A stretch of 64,000 bases of DNA, from the NCBI RefSeq assembly GCF_036588685.1, contig NC_086383.1, forward strand, positions 12,462,001-12,526,000. Reading direction: 5' to 3'. The notes under the pieces are model-generated. The model made no database searches and was not told the origin of the DNA. It saw nothing but the letters and a program-made list of their open reading frames with translations. How positions within the stretch are numbered: the first letter of the stretch is position 1; each line of letters opens with the position of its first letter. The translations under genes were made by a program, and so were the position numbers. Of this stretch, positions 11,428-23,925 are shown piece by piece. The DNA is from Mytilus trossulus. Taxonomy: Eukaryota.

Positions 11428-13304
11428 TATACTACCTAAGTCGCATTTGGCACAACTTTTTTGAATTTTGGATCCTAAATGCTCTTCAACTTTGTTCTTG
11501 TTTGGTGTATTTACCTTGTTGCAAAAGGTAGATTAGATAAACTGTATTTAAAAATGTACCATCGGCAAATTTATTTAAAGTACAAAACCTTCTTTCTTAA
11601 GGAGATTTACAAGTTAAATTTTCTATTTTGTCAATGCTGCATTTCATCTGAACATTTGTGTGTATTTAACATCTTTCAGTGGGTAATTTTTTTCATTGGA
11701 TTTTCTTTATCCATGTTATCATTCTCAATTTTTTTAAATTGTATTTTCCATCTTTCTTTGTTATGTAATTATTCAATACATTCCTGTTCCATGTCTTTGT
11801 AACAGACCATGCTATGTTTATGAAAGTTTGAAATTGGAGTTATTACTGTAAGGAATCATATAAGTATAAGCTAGATGACGCATGTTTCTGAATTATATTA
11901 GTATAATGTGGTTTGTATTGTGAAAAATCAATGCGTGATGATGACGAATAAATATGTTTAAACAAACAATGCTTCTTGTAAACATTATGTAAGAATATTG
12001 CACAACGAATTAGCGATCCTATCAAGAGAAATAATTTCAAAAGTAAATTCGACAACTCATCTAAGTCATCGTTTTATCAAAAACTTGTAGAGGACTAATT
12101 CTGACTCGTTGTTTTTAATTGTTTTTAACCTTTTATGCATATATTGCTATGTATGCTTCAATACTAAATCTGTGAACTATACTATGGAGTTAATGGATAG
12201 AGATTTTGTTCTTACAGTACATTAGTGGTTCTAGTTTGAATGTATCCTTCGATTCTCATCTACTCCTCTCGCAAGCACACAGTGTTAGGGATCGATTGGA
12301 CCGCAGTAAAACTTGTGATATTAAAACGATGTTGCCTTGTGAATTGGTATGTTAAAAGGTCGACTTAGTATGACGGTCTATATCTAGAGCAAGGCAGGAT
12401 CATTCATATTTCATGAACAGGTTCTCATCCTCAATATTCATTTTATCTTTGTTGTTGGACGTCAAGCAACGATAAACCAATAATTCGGTACTCTGTGGTC
12501 TGGTTTTTACTTAAATATTTGTTATCATATACCTCAAGTTATAATACATCCTTGGTTGTTTATACATGTGTCGAGAGTTCCTGTTGAGTGTTCTTTAATT
12601 TGTAGTAGCGTTTTCGACGCTCAAATTTTCACAGAATTTTTTAGCGCCGTGTTATAACCGATGCTGGTGTGCACCGTTAGTCCTAAAGGAGTATGTTTAT
12701 AACACACTCCTCTTAGATAAATAACGAATCATCTAAGATACTAGCTCCCTCGGATAAGTTTACCTTCGATTATTTACTGTTTGGTCACGTAGATTCTAAA
12801 GTATGATGTATCCTTGGTTTTGAGCGTTCCTGGTGAGGGTTAATCCAAGAAGAACGCTTTAGATGCAGCTAATTGGTTCGTTTTATTATAATTATTTAGT
12901 ATCAAAACAGTCATTTTTCTCAATTGCTACAACAGAAACATTTTCTTATAAGTTGCGTTCTCTATGCATGTAATAAATGATCTATACATGCCAGTTCATG
13001 TTAAACAATTATCATCCTTTATTTTTTAGAAAATTAAAATCCTTTTTATTATATTTATTTGTTTCTTATTTATTATTTGTAACTGCTAATATAAATGACT
13101 TTTGGTTTTATGAGTCTTCCTTTACTCCTTGGTTTTAATTGTTATTGTCTTATATCTTAAGGACCGTGACCTACCATCATAATGTCACTTCCTTTCTGTA
13201 CAGTAATTCTTAACTTATAAAGCTCCTAATGTATATTTTCATGTCTCATGTCAGTTTCAGTTTCCTCGTGTTGACATTTGTGATTTATTTTCAAAAAATA
13301 GTAT

Positions 13305-13650
13305 TTAAATAATTTCACATATTGAGGCCTTCCCAGAAGTCAAACAGGTAACGAAAAATGTGTTGCTGCTTGATGCAAAACGCATTCTCCATAGACTCGA
13401 AGTTCCGACAAGGTTGTAGCCAGAATTATTCTAATGAGATTCCCTTCGTTTGTTATTTGATGGATATATGCAGAATTATATCCAGCGATGTATATATTAC
13501 CAGCAATGTCTACTCCAATCTCTCTTGGACCTGCAAGTTTGTTGTTTGTATAGGTAAATTTGTCACACAACCGACTGAATAATTGACTGAATTCATACTG
13601 GTACCATGTAAATGCGTGTATAGTGATAAAACAAAGTTCGAGTTACTACT
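13305..13650 (-). pseudogene. Orphan TRIM propeller remnant B (A-type 3' end)
   Basis: ORF 13340-13570 (KFTYTNNKLAGPREIGVDIAGNIYIAGYNS...) matches the copy 1 C-terminus and is then frameshifted. Confidence 0.82.
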
Positions 13651-13909
13651 ACATTCGTAAAGTATTATGCGAAATAGAATAAAGAAGAAGAATTTTAATT
13701 AAAATCAATTTAAGTAAGCATATAATTCTTTAAATGTCCGTATATATTTGAATGTGTCGTTTCTTAATATGAATGCATATGTTAATGTCCGTGACTTTTC
13801 CCATTATACCATGTGTTTGTATCGTTTAAATAAATCACAGATATGATACACGTGTGGTACTTAGGGTGGTAAGTTGAAATACAAATGGATGTTTATCCAT
13901 AAATAGGTT

Positions 13910-15851
13910 TTAAACAAATTCACATATTGTTGCTTTGCCAAAATTCCCACACGTTACAACCATTTTGTTACTTTTCGTTGCAAAACGAATTGTCCATGGA
14001 TACACAATTCCTATGGTTGAAGCCGAAATTTTTCTTATGAATTCTCCTTCGTTCGTTATTTGATGAATGTTTCCAGAACTATATGATGCAATGTATAGAT
14101 TGTCCATACAGTCTATTCCGATCCCTCTAGGGTATTTAAATTCAGAGTTTGTATACGTAAACTTTTTCTTGTTGCTGACTACATAATCGACTGCAGTTCT
14201 ACTGTCAGAGTACATATAATCGGTCTGTGATAATGATAACACAAAGTATGATTGACTTCCAGTCGTCCTTTTGTTTATTGTTTGTCCCGACGAAAGGTTT
14301 ATCCATGTGAGTGTGGAACTATGACTTATAATAAAAAGTTCTTCATTGACAAAGCTTATTCCATACACTGGTATACCTGGTAACCTCAAAGTTTGTAACA
14401 ATGCCATCTTATCACTATTTATTAAACATATTCCATGTTCAGGAATGGATACAGCAACTTTGAAGTGGGTTACCACAGCAATGTCCTCCGGTGAACCTGG
14501 AAGTGCCAATTCTGTTAGCAAACTTTGTCCGCCATTGTCATACTTCACTACTTTGTTCTTCCCACGAATTGTAAAAAGTAGAAGGTTTTGTACAAATATT
14601 CCAGACGTTGATCCGGCACCCTTACACACATCGATAACTTGTAGAATGTTAATATTTCCAGTGCGGAAGTCGACTTTGTCTATCTCAAGGTTAAAACTTA
14701 AAGAACAAACAGAAGATTTATCAATTTTAATGTTTCCAAAACTCTTAGTATTCCTTATAAAATCTGTAATAGGGGAAGAAGGACATAAAGCAACTTTTAC
14801 ACTCTTTATATTTTTCACCAAATCTTCAATTTCTTGTTCAAGTTCTGAGATTTTAGGTTCGATTCTATTAATTTCCAACAGGCATTGCTGCTCGGATCCA
14901 TGTTCAAGAACACTGTCTATCACTGTTTTCCACTTTTTAACAGCGCTACTGTAAGACGAAAGCATATCTACTTCGTCTTTTAATTCTATTCCAACTTGCT
15001 TCTTGGTTGAGGTCAACTCGGTTAACAGGGTTTCTTCTATTCGATCTAAATGCTTTAATATTTTAGTTTTAATATCAGCCACTCTTGTCTTAATCTCTCC
15101 TGTTGAATTATCAACATCAGCTAAATTCTTATTTCGATCATCAATAATTTCATCTAAGTGAATCACGTGCTCTCTTAGTTTTTGTGATAAACCAGACGCT
15201 TTCGTTGACTGTTTGATACCGGAAGCGGCTTTTTGGATTGAAGTAACATTTTCACATTTACGGTGTGAAAGTGTAGCGCACGACGTACAACAAGGTTGAG
15301 AATGATCCAAACAATAAAATTCGACGACCTTACCTGGGTGCTCGTCACAGCTTTGTACCTCACATACTTCAAAAGGTGTATCACCGGACTGCATTTCTTG
15401 AATGTTTAAAAGTTTATGTCTTGCTGACATCTTAAAGTTTTTGTGATATTTTTCGCATTGTTCACAGAATGCTTCCTCGCAAATAGTACACCAAGATTTT
15501 GCTTTTGTACTTTCTTTGTTTAACTAACACGAATTGCACATTTTCTCTGCCTTTTGTATTGCTCGTTTATCTAACATTGAGGTAACAAAATGATTGGTTG
15601 GGAGTGATGGCGCCCATAATTCTAGCCTTTTTGATGTTGATCCTGCTGGTACAATTTTTCGACAAACAGGACATGTAAATCCCTCGGTTATCTTTCCCTT
15701 TTTCCACAGATGACACAATGTAGTTATTAATACATGTTTCACAGAAAGTATGAAGACATGGTAGATACTTCGGAACTTTGAAAGTTTCCAAACAAATCGT
15801 ACAAGTTAATAAATCATCGAAGTTTTCTCTATCCTTGGTGGGTGTCGCCAT
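13910..15851 (-). pseudogene. TRIM copy 3 (B-type), with a +1 frameshift near 15700 and CAG>TAG at 15524-15526
   Basis: Three ORF pieces (15567-15857, 15524-15742, 13910-15430) together rebuild the full protein. Confidence 0.88.
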
Positions 15852-16175
15852 TATCAAAATAAACTTTGACCGTTAATATACTTCCTTGTGTGCGTGTATT
15901 TATAGCTATTGACTTGGTGTATTTACCTAGTTGTGACAGGTAAACACTTTGAGATAAACAGTCAAAAGTGTACAACAACAAATTATTTTTTTTAAATACA
16001 CAAGTTCTTACTAAAGGAGAGGGGGCAAAGAGTTTAACTGTTATGCTATTTTTAGGTCATTTTAAATTAATTCGTTGTTATCTCTTAATCTTAAAATGTA
16101 TTTGCTGTTAGCTGTTATTGTCTTACATGTCTTATTCCTTGTAATTAGCTGTAGGTACTTTTGATAACTATTTAA

Positions 16176-17969
16176 GGAACAGTCATTATCAGTTGAGGGG
16201 GTCGGTTCAAATTTTCACATCAAAAAGTTTTGTTGGCAACCCCCCCCCCCTAATTTTTATGACCCCCCTAATGACCCCCCTTAAAATGATGTTTCATAAG
16301 TATGACCCCCCCCCCTACTAAAAAAAATCGTGATGAATTAACAGTGGGCAAATAACTATGGGAAGAATGTGGACATTGACAAGTAAGTAAGTAAGTAAAT
16401 TATTTATTATAGTGACATGTGTAAATATGTACAGATTATAAATATACAATATAAGATAAATATCAATACACCCGGCCCAATGGACCTATAAGTCACCTCA
16501 AATGAAATTAAGTAATTTTAAAACAATATATCCCGTTCTTCAAAATAACAAATTATTCATGAAATTATCTTTTTGTTGACGAAAGTTAACCTTTAATTAA
16601 TTTCAAAATAAAAATATATAAATATTAAGCTATTTGTAAACAAAATTTCGTCTTTTAAAATATGCCTGTACATTAGCTGTAGGTATGCATGGCAGAAAGA
16701 AATTTTCCCTGATTGCAGTCATTTTCTTTGATTTTGTATTGATTTTTTATATTACATTCTACAATTATAAGTTCCTCTGGTATCTTCCGTCCCTCTTTTC
16801 TATAATTTAGTATAAGTAGCTTGAACTAATTAATTTGATAAAGATAATTCAATTTAACTGACATTCTCTAACTATTTTCAAATATTTTTATTGGATAAAG
16901 CAAAAAAACTATAAGGTAATTTATATTCCCTTGATGTTCATCATGACCTTCAATGTTCTTTAAATTTGTTTTGAAGCTGATGGAACTGATTTTGGTTAAT
17001 ATTTTTCAGTTTAATCCAACTTTGAATAAAACAGCCTGAATACATGTACAAGAAATATCACATCGACTTTTTTTACAGATTTTTTTTTCTTGAAACACGA
17101 ATTTCTGACACATACAAGAAGAAGAAAAAGACAAAATAAGCATTTAAATGAAAAAAATATAGATCGCAATTTAACTCGAAGGTTCGTGTACAGAATGAAG
17201 GAAAATGTCTCAATATATTTAATGCCTTTATTAAAATTTTAAAGTTTTATAAATGTTTCGTGGATTTTAATTTTCTAATCATATAGTTCTAGGGTGTGCA
17301 ACTTGTGGTTCTGGTCCGTCCTCCTTCAAATATGAATATACAGTAACATTATTTTGGAGCTTATATTTATAAATATATATATCATGGATATATAGGTTTA
17401 TTATTATAAGAACATTCAATTTCATTTCAATGTGGAAATGTTTTACAAAATCCCTGAGTGTACTGTTTTTTGTTTGTGAATGCCATGCTACCCAACAAAA
17501 TTAAAGGCCCTTACTTGAATCAATAAATGTTCTTTATCTTAATCAATAACTTTGTAATAATCTAATAAATTAATAATATCTATATAATTATCAAATGATT
17601 TTAGAATGTACACACCTTTAACAGTCCTACATCTATCCTAAGAAATATCATCAACACGATTTTAACACTTTAGAAAGTTGGAATAAACATGTTCAACTGC
17701 ATGTTCAGAAACTTTTCATGTTTTATACAGTTGTTAATCTTATGAATTGGTTGTAAATTTTCACATCCTATGGATAATGAACCATAACAAATGAGTGATT
17801 AGATACACTACAAATGAGAGATTGGGCATCCTGCTGGTTCTATCAAAGGTTTCAAAATGACAGAAATCATCAAAGAGATTGCTTACTTACAATATCATCA
17901 ACAATTAATATACTTGACAGACATAAAAACTTTCATTGTGTGACCCCCCCCAGTAAAATAAAAATTTTG
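16176..17969. mobile_element. ~1.8-kb insertion with poly-C/gacccccc motifs that splits a family-1 retrozyme monomer; possibly a DNA-transposon relic
   Basis: Absent from the paralogous region at about 50455-50550. Begins after TTAA with GG; no matching right terminus seen. Confidence 0.4.
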
Positions 17970-18164
17970 ATGAATATCAATCATGTGGTCATTTGTTTTT
18001 ATAATTTTCCTGTTTACAAAACTTTGATTTTTTCGAAAAAATAAGGATTTTTTTATTCCAAGCATAGATTACCTTAGCCGTATTAAGCACAACTTTTTGG
18101 AATTTTAGGTCCTCAATGCTCTTCAACTATGTACTTGTTTGGCTTTATAAATGTTTCGATTTGA

Positions 18165-18208
18165 GCGTCACTGATGAGTCTTATGTAGACGAAACGCGCG
18201 TCTGAAGT
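18165..18208 (+). ncRNA. Minimal type I hammerhead, family 1 (one stem I mismatch), within monomer remnant 17970-18241
   Basis: GCGTCA-CTGATGA-GTCT tatgt AGAC-GAAAC GCGC GTC|TGAAGT. Confidence 0.8.
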
Positions 18209-18488
18209 ACTAAATTAAAATCCTGGTACTTTTGATAACTATAATTATATAGGACTATTATATTTTTTTGTTATCTGACTGTTATTGTGAGTATGTATTT
18301 CCTGTTAACTGTTAATGAAAATTGGAATATTACAATTTTTTGACAGACAATCTTCACTAGAAATTGATGATAATTGAACATTTTGACTTGGACGGAGAGT
18401 TGTCTCAATGGCACTCACATTACACCTTCTTACATCTATAAGGTTCTTTCCAGAATTTTACAGATTTTTTTTCCCCGATTTTCATTTA

Positions 18489-18929
18489 GAATCATATTCA
18501 AAACAGTGTGGTCCTGGCCATTGATTGACGACCTATATTATCCCATTGACTGGGACAGATTAGGTGAACGTTTGTCTGTAACGACCATTGCTCACTTCTT
18601 ACTTATTATAGAATTTAAACTGTGGGGTCACCAAAGGTTTTTAACGCCTTTAATAATAAAATAATTCGAAAAATTATTCAGGAATAACCTTTATGTTTTG
18701 ATTTATATTATTGATATAAATCAACACATCGTATTATTCCGGATTCGTTTTTCGAATTGCTTTTTTTAGGTGTTGAGAACCTTTGGTGACCCCACAGATT
18801 CAGTGTCTTTAACAAGTACATAGTGAGCCGTGATTGTTACCGACAAAAGTTCACCTAATCTGTCCCAGTCAATAGGATAATATAGGTCGTCAATCAATGG
18901 CCAGGACCACACTGTTTTGAATATCATTC
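18489..18929. mobile_element. 441-bp almost fully palindromic MITE with TA duplication
   Basis: The two halves are reverse complements (gaatcatattcaaaacagtgtggtcctggcc... / ...ggccaggaccacactgttttgaatatcattc). The empty site ttcatt-ta-ttgtcg is at about 51010. Confidence 0.85.
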
Positions 18930-19639
18930 TATTGTCGAAAAGAAATGCACAACGAAATAATTGTGTTCTCCGACCTAATTTAATTTTTACTGTTACGACC
19001 ACTGTCCCATGTTAGGCGAGGGTTGGGGGCCAATTAAAATGTTTAACCTAGCACATTCTGTATGCTCCTGTCCCGAGTCAGGAGCCTGTTTTTTTCAGTG
19101 GTTGTCGTTTGTGGCTGTGTAACTAATTTTTGTGTTCATTGTTTTGAAGCAAGCTCTGAAAAAGAGAACAAATGATAAAAAAAAACTTACAAATATAGCT
19201 CATCATAAGGCCTTCATCAATGAATGAGCAAACCCATACCGCATAATAAGCTTTAAAAGGATCTGAAATTACAGATGTAAAACAAGAATCAAACAAGGTA
19301 ATTTAAGACCCAATTTAACTTCAAAACAATGAACAAAAAAAATAGCAATCATACCACTTCTCCTTTTATACTTATATACAAAATACAAAAATGAAAGGGA
19401 ACCCTGACCACCAGTATCTTAAAGCTTTTTAACTGCTTCACATAGCGAAAGTTTAAGTTTAAAAACTGTTGCTGCAAAGAGTGTTATCTTAATGTTATAT
19501 TGTTTATTTTTTAAGATAGTTTGATTTGTATATAAGTTGATCATGTTTTTGATTTATATTGCAATAAAGTACTTGATATCATTTAACAACTTCAATTTAA
19601 TTTCTCGACAAATAATTGTCGAGTACTTTTCTACATTAG

Positions 19640-19966
19640 CTATAGGTAAAGGGGGTTGAGATCTCATAAAAATGTTTAACCCCTCCGCATATTTTTTTTT
19701 CGCGCCTGTCCCAAGTCACGAGCCTCTGGCCTTTGTTAGTCTTGTATTTTTTTAATTTTAGTTTCTTGTGTACAATTTGGAGTTTAGTATGGCGTTTATT
19801 ATCACTGAACTAGTATATATATTTATTTGTGAGCCACCTGAAGCAACCCTCCGAGTGTGGGAATTTCTCGCTGCATTGAAGATCTGATGGTGACTTTCTG
19901 CTGTTGTCTGTTCTATGGTCGGTTTGTAGTCTCTTTGACACCTACCCGATTTCCATTCTCAATTTT
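19640..19966 (-). repeat. Interspersed repeat family (aattgagaatggaaat...gacaacaacccgacc...); also at 27656-27886 (+) and 54918-54979 plus 63031-63290 (+, split by the Gypsy element)
   Basis: Three homologous dispersed copies in this window. Confidence 0.7.
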
Positions 19967-21142
19967 AAAAATATCCTTTTAAAAATTATACAGCTGTTCC
20001 AATATGCCGAAATGGTATCGAAATTCTACATATTAAATAATTTCACAGAAGATACATAATTGATGTTTCACTTGGTGTCATCCGAATTGTCACTCGAGTC
20101 AATTTCTATTATATTATCAGAATAGTCACTTGAGCCAATATTTATTATACTATCTGAATTAATTGTACATGTAACTGGCATGCATGTATCGATTTCTGTC
20201 TTCATCTGGGTATTTTTGTATTTTAAAACTTAGTTTATTGTGTGGTCATTGGATAAAATTTCTATAGTGTTCATCAATGGTTTTTTTTATAACAAAATCA
20301 ATACTACTGCTTTAGTGAAAAAAGGTTGTGAAATTCAAATTAATATAAAGTGCCACTGGCTTCATTTTTTTTTTTTTTTTTTAATAATTAGAAAACAATG
20401 CAAAACCACAAAATCTTATCTATCCAATACTCTTGATTTAAAAATATTTATTTAACTTAAACAGAAACTTGTAATTTTCTGAGTGAAATTCAACATCATC
20501 CATACTTTAAATTATTTGTCGAATTGTTATGATTGTACATTATTATATATTTTTTGTGCAAATCATAATTTTAACAAAATTATAATTTGTACACAACATA
20601 TATCAAAGTTGTGTATGTTAAAGTCATATGGACATAGGCCTATACTCATCAGGTATCCATATGTTCCTTTTTCTGTATTATTAAGACTTGTTCGAATTTT
20701 AATTTTACGTATATATGGGGAATATATTCCTTGTATCCTCATGCCTATATACATATAAAATGCATATCAGTTATTTATATATTTTATAAAAAGGAAACTT
20801 ATGGCAAGGGATTCCTAATGAGGATCATTATATTTACACGACTGTATATTTATAATTAAAATGTATATATATATGTACACAGCCATGTATCACCATCATC
20901 GATGGAGATCCGATGGATAAATCTGTTGTAGAGTTGTCACTGACTCAGACGTACTTATAAATATAATTATTTTCTGTGACTGTATCTTACATTTATTTGT
21001 AGGATCCTTTACTATAGATAATTTAGCTGATCTGTAACAATAACATCTGCATGCCTTATATATCATGTACTGTATTACGCCGCTAGATTAAAACTGACGT
21101 GTGAAGGTAACACATGCCCACCGAAAGCTTTACTTTTGTGAA

Positions 21143-21236
21143 GCCTAGGTGGTCGTGTGGTCTAGCGGGACGGCTGCAGTGCAGGCGATTTGGTTTCATG
21201 ATATCACAGTAGCATGGGTTCGAATCCCGGCGAGGG
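21143..21236 (+). other. tRNA-derived (SINE-head-like) sequence with Pol III A and B boxes
   Basis: A-box-like TGGTCGTGTGG at about 21150 and B box GGTTCGAATCCC at 21217-21228; no clean cloverleaf. Confidence 0.6.
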
Positions 21237-21568
21237 AAGAACCAAAAATTTGCGAAAGCAAATTTACAGATCTAAGATTTGTCAAACAAATTTCGTTGTA
21301 GAAGGGTCTAAAAACAGCACAAACAACATTTCCGAAAAGACCAAAAAAGTGAAAAAGTATATTTAAACAAAACGCATTTGACTAACAGGTCGAACAACTG
21401 ATGTACTTTAACCCTGCTGACTGCCATTGGCGATTGTCAAATAAAATTGATCACAAGATGTAACAAAATGGATTTTAATATAAATTCAATACGTCACAGA
21501 AAATTTTGTTTGTTAACTTGTGGCCACGATGTTGTGCCACAAACATTCGGTGTCAATATTTCTTTAGT

Positions 21569-21612
21569 ACACCAGATCTAGATTTCGACAATATAGGTCT
21601 CTTCAGTGATGT
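21569..21612 (-). ncRNA. Minimal type I hammerhead, family 3
   Basis: Reverse complement: ACATCA-CTGAAGA-GAC ctatatt GTC-GAA-AT CTAG AT-C|TGGTGT; palindromic stem-loop III ATCTAGAT. Confidence 0.82.
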
Positions 21613-22125
21613 AAGGGGTCGAAACGGTATTTGGAAGGCCATATAATTTTCTCTCAATTTAAGATTGACTTTTGAATTTAAGAGTCAATATAGGATGAAC
21701 GGATCATATAAACCGGAGGGAAAATATGATACATGCCCAAACAAAAAATATAAACGAGTCTAAATTGAAAACTACGTTCAAACCTATGATTGCGTTGGAT
21801 AAAAACCGCAATTTTTATACGTGTGCATGTCAAACAAATTTCGTTGTAGAAGGGTCTAAAAACAGCACAAACAACATTTTCCAAAAGACTCAAAAAGTGA
21901 AAAAGTATATTTAAACAAAACGCATTTGACTAACAGGTCGAACAACTGATGTTCTTTAACCCTGCTGACTGCCATTGGTGATTGCCAAATAAAATTGATC
22001 ACAAGATGTAACAAAATGGATTTTAATATAAATTTAATACGTCACAGAAATTTTTGTTTTTGTTTTTTGTTAACTTGTGGCTACGATGTTGTGCCACAAG
22101 CATTCGGTGTCAATATTTCTTTAGT

Positions 22126-22169
22126 ACACCAGAATTAGATTTCGACAATATATGTCTCTTCAGTGATGT
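22126..22169 (-). ncRNA. Family-3 hammerhead, second copy, stem III damaged
   Basis: Reverse complement: ACATCA-CTGAAGA-GACA tatat TGTC-GAAATCTAATTC|TGGTGT. Confidence 0.7.
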
Positions 22170-22917
22170 TAGGGATCGAAACGTTATTTGGGAGGCCATA
22201 TAATTTACTCTCAATTTAAGATTGACTCTTGAATTTAAGAGTCAATATAGGATGAACGGATCATATAAACCGGAGGGAAAATATGATACATGCCCAAACA
22301 AAAAATATAAACGAGTCTTAATTGAAAACTACGTTCAAAGCTATGATTGCGTTGGATAAAAACCGCAATTTTTATACGTGTGCATGTCAAACAAACTTCG
22401 TTGTAGAAGGGTCTAAAAACTGAACAAACAACATTTCCGAAAAGGCCAAAAAAGTTAAAAAATATATTTAAACAAAACGCATTTGACTAACAGGTCGAAC
22501 AACTGATGTTCTTTAACCCTGCTGACTGCCATTGGCGATTGCCAAATAAAATTGATCACAAGATGTAACAAAATGGATTTTGATATAAATTTAATACGTC
22601 ACAGAAAACCTTATTGGCTTATATATATATATATATATATAACTATGTCTCTGTTAAGGTCGAGCTAGATCCATACAACCAGTTATATAATAAGATATAC
22701 TGTATTGGTCCTGGACCGTGCCGATTTTAAATTTTCATTTACTGTTATCTGTTATTGTCCCTTTTTAATTCCTTGTTATCTGTTTTAAGCCAAATCAATT
22801 TACTGTTTTGTTGTTATTGGAACCCCCCCCCCTTGTCCAACTTCAAAGGAAATTTAAATTCTCTATTTTGTCAATGTTGCATTTGACTAATTATTGGTGT
22901 ATTTAAGGATGTACTTA

Positions 22918-23470
22918 TACCGGCGTCACACATAGCTCTGGCGAACGCCGGGCGTGTTACAAAAAATCATGTTCGATGCCAATACGCTAGTTATTTTAGA
23001 TGCATTCAACCTGTTAATCATATCTATAATGTGTGCACAACGAGCTTCAAGCATGTATTGGGCGTGCGAGAAGCGTACCTTAATCGTTTATCGGGGGCTC
23101 AAGAAACGTAAGTTGGCATATGCCTGGCGCTACTAAGGATAAAAGTTTTTTGAACGTGTCTGGCGTATACAACGTACCTTAAACGTGTCACAAATTTATC
23201 TGTAGCGCGTTTAACGCGCTTGTAGCGTATGTATAACGTACATGTATACGCTAGACACACGCTTGAGTTTGATGGAGAAAAAAATTCTGCAGAAAAAAAC
23301 ACTTCGAGTTGTAGCGTTCACCAAGCGTATACCTATTTTTTCGACGTACTTCAAACTTATGTAACGCACGTTTAACTATTACTAAGCGTTCCTCTGGCAT
23401 GCAACTAACGTATACCGACTTTGTCAATTTTCTCTGTACGTTTTTGTGCACGTCGGTCTATACGCCGGCA
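22918..23470. mobile_element. CpG-rich MITE-like element, possibly PIF/Harbinger-type
   Basis: Imperfect TIR taccggcgt / acgccggca, flanked by TTA and TAA; composition differs sharply from the flanks. Confidence 0.45.
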
Positions 23471-23925
23471 TAATTAGGTGAAGTTTTGGAATTTGTGTTA
23501 GAAGTTCGGACTCCTTTTTTCCTACGATAGAGGGTCAAATAGTTTGTCCCATAACCCTTTTTTTCATACAAGATTTCAATAGTTCATCAAAAGTCATTTT
23601 CTAAAATTTACGCAGATTATAGATTTTTTTCTTTCAATTTGAGACCGGTCCGCGTCAGCCTTTTCCATTCATTTTTTTCAAGGTCAAATATCTCTAAAGA
23701 AAAGTCCATGATTAACCTAGAAAAAGCCTATGATAGTGTTTGGAGAGAAGGACTTTTAACAAAACTACATGGATATGGAATTAAAGGTAAAATCTGGAAA
23801 TGAATACAGAAATTTTGAGAGACAGAGAAGCAAGATGTAATATAAACAAGCATCAGGGACAATGGTTTAAAACTCAAATTGGGCTTCCACAAGGATCAGT
23901 AATATCTCTTTACTTTTCAACATCT

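Larger units (their letters stand above)
21281..22607 (-). repeat. Tandem repeat, about 2.4 copies of a 548-557-bp unit carrying a family-3 hammerhead (retrozyme or Penelope pseudo-LTR-like)
   Basis: Unit starts gtcaaacaaa at 21281, 21829 and 22386. Confidence 0.85.

Noticed and set aside
11479-11802. Recurrent hydrophobic ORF in the upstream block (also 36451-36756)
   Set aside because: T-rich sequence; the frame is not preserved in the other copies of the block.
20040-20840. Possible decayed coding sequence on the minus strand
   Set aside because: Many stops and no motif I can identify.
21143-21236. Functional tRNA gene
   Set aside because: A and B boxes are present, but the acceptor and anticodon stems do not form convincingly; treated as a SINE-like head.
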